DNA of 64,000 bases from Narcine bancroftii (Eukaryota), in assembly GCF_036971445.1 (NCBI RefSeq), contig NC_091480.1, forward strand, positions 84,072,001 to 84,136,000, read 5' to 3'. Below the pieces are notes generated by a model that worked only from the letters and a program-made list of their open reading frames with translations, ran no database searches and had not been told where the DNA came from. The stretch's first letter is position 1. Every line of letters starts with the position of its first letter. Position numbers and translations under genes: made by a program. Shown here in pieces: positions 62,571-64,000 of this stretch.

Positions 62571-62736
62571 ACCAGGGAGAAAGGACTGAAGCGTTTTTAA
62601 CATTATTGCAGTACTTAATTTAATATTAAAGGCTGCAATAGGAAAGTCTGTTGCTAATATTTTCAAGAAAAATGAATTAAATATGATGATTAATATATGT
62701 TTTTATTTTCAAACAAGAAATTTTAACCCTTTAACA

Positions 62737-63232
62737 CAGTGGTTTTCAAACTTTTTCTTTCCACTCACATACCACTTTAAGTAATCCCTATGCCATAGGT
62801 GCTCTGTGATTAGTAAGGGATTGCTTAAGGTGGTATGTGAGTGGAAAGAAAAAGTTTGAAAGCCACTGTTTTAATCGTACCCAATTAACACGTTATGTGC
62901 ATGGTTTCATACTCCAAAGGAAATGGGCCAATGACAATTTATTTCAGTAACAATTGGGTCTAGAGCAGAGGTTCTCAACCTTCCCTTCCCATACCACCTT
63001 AAGTCTTTTCTTTGGCTTGGCTTCGCGGACGAAGATTTATGGAGGGGGTAAAAAGTCCACGTCAGCTGCAGGCTCGTTTGTGGCTGACAAGTCCGATGCG
63101 GGACAGGCAGACACGATTGCAGCGGTTGCAGGGGAAAATTGGTTGGTTGGGGTTGGGAATCACACAGCACCGATGACATAGGGATTGCTTAAGGTGGTAT
63201 GTGAGTGGAAAGAAAAAGTTTGAAAACGACTA
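62737..63232. mobile_element. Composite hAT-type MITE pair (copy 4) with a nested RTE-like 3' fragment (63005-63157); TSD CTTTAACA/GTTTAACA
   Basis: The 8-bp TSD (7/8 match) flanks the whole composite. Confidence 0.8.
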
Positions 63233-64000
63233 GTTTAACAACTGATTTTCACTAAAAGTATATAATGTAACGATGTTAACAGCTTGACCTAGACAGTGTA
63301 CCTTACTATAACTGCTACATAGACAACATGCAGTATCACTGTGCAAAACAGTGTATAGACTTTCTCCGGTATAAAGATATGATGTGTAATAATCAGATAG
63401 TTAAATATTTCATCATGTCAGGATTGACTCTTTGAAATAACATAAGAAATACTTGTTGCGTTTTTCAAAGTTATTAACGGTCTCATTGACGATATCTAAC
63501 AATATCTAAAAGGTCATTGATGATCCTTCAATGGTCATTTCAGTAATGGGCATTCTCTTGTGAGCTTCGGTAGTGCCTGGGACTGTTGGATCCAGGATCA
63601 TGAGTAAGCATTCAGTGCTGAGGTCATCTTGAGGATTTCATGGTGAGAATAAACTGTCTGGTTCTAGGGGGTTTGACAGATGGGTGGGCACTGGTGTGAC
63701 GAGCGAGAGAATGGGAGCCCAATCAGAACCTTCGAGGGATCTTTTCAGGGGTTGGCTGAAGCTTTCCACCGTCTGCAAAGATTGTAATAGAATATTCTCC
63801 ACTCGCCTGGAGAATTGCATTTCTAAATTATACACAAGAGTCAAAAGCAGTCAGGATGAAGTGCCCTGTTTGGCTGGCACCATCATTCTCAGGATTCATT
63901 CACAACAAAAAGCTCCCAAATCCCTGGCCTCTACCATTGAGAAGAACCAGGACAGCGGCATAATGGATTCATCTGGCTGTTCAGGGCACACTCAATTCTG

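Overview
Repeat-rich vertebrate genomic DNA. The repeat content (V-SINE-like, CR1, Penelope-like, Rex1/Babar-like, RTE, L1) suggests a cartilaginous fish; the taxon is inferred, not proven. The window holds the AOC3-G6PC syntenic block. (1) An intact 4-exon membrane copper amine oxidase gene (AOC3/AOC2-like, + strand, 6786-18816, 751 aa), with a 48-bp minisatellite upstream and a 45-bp minisatellite in intron 1. (2) A heavily decayed second AOC copy (about 21.1-27.7 kb, + strand), found by manual translation and essentially invisible in the ORF track. (3) Two intact tandem glucose-6-phosphatase genes (G6PC1-like, - strand, 5 exons, 357 aa each; 34694-41404 and 49465-62321). Their exons 1 and 5 are nearly identical while exons 3-4 are divergent, and both promoters keep the same TATA/DR1/CRE-like/FoxO/Onecut layout. 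Notable mobile-element structures are: a SINE tail that occurs with either a tRNA-Thr head or a 5S rRNA head; a Gypsy-like element with a self-priming-type primer site and a one-LTR truncated insertion that still has a perfect target-site duplication (TSD); a composite MITE-spacer-MITE unit; and an L1 co-inserted with a locally templated 82-bp segment. No prokaryotic-type system or CRISPR array was seen. Repeat boundaries are approximate and family names come from motif recognition, not database searches.
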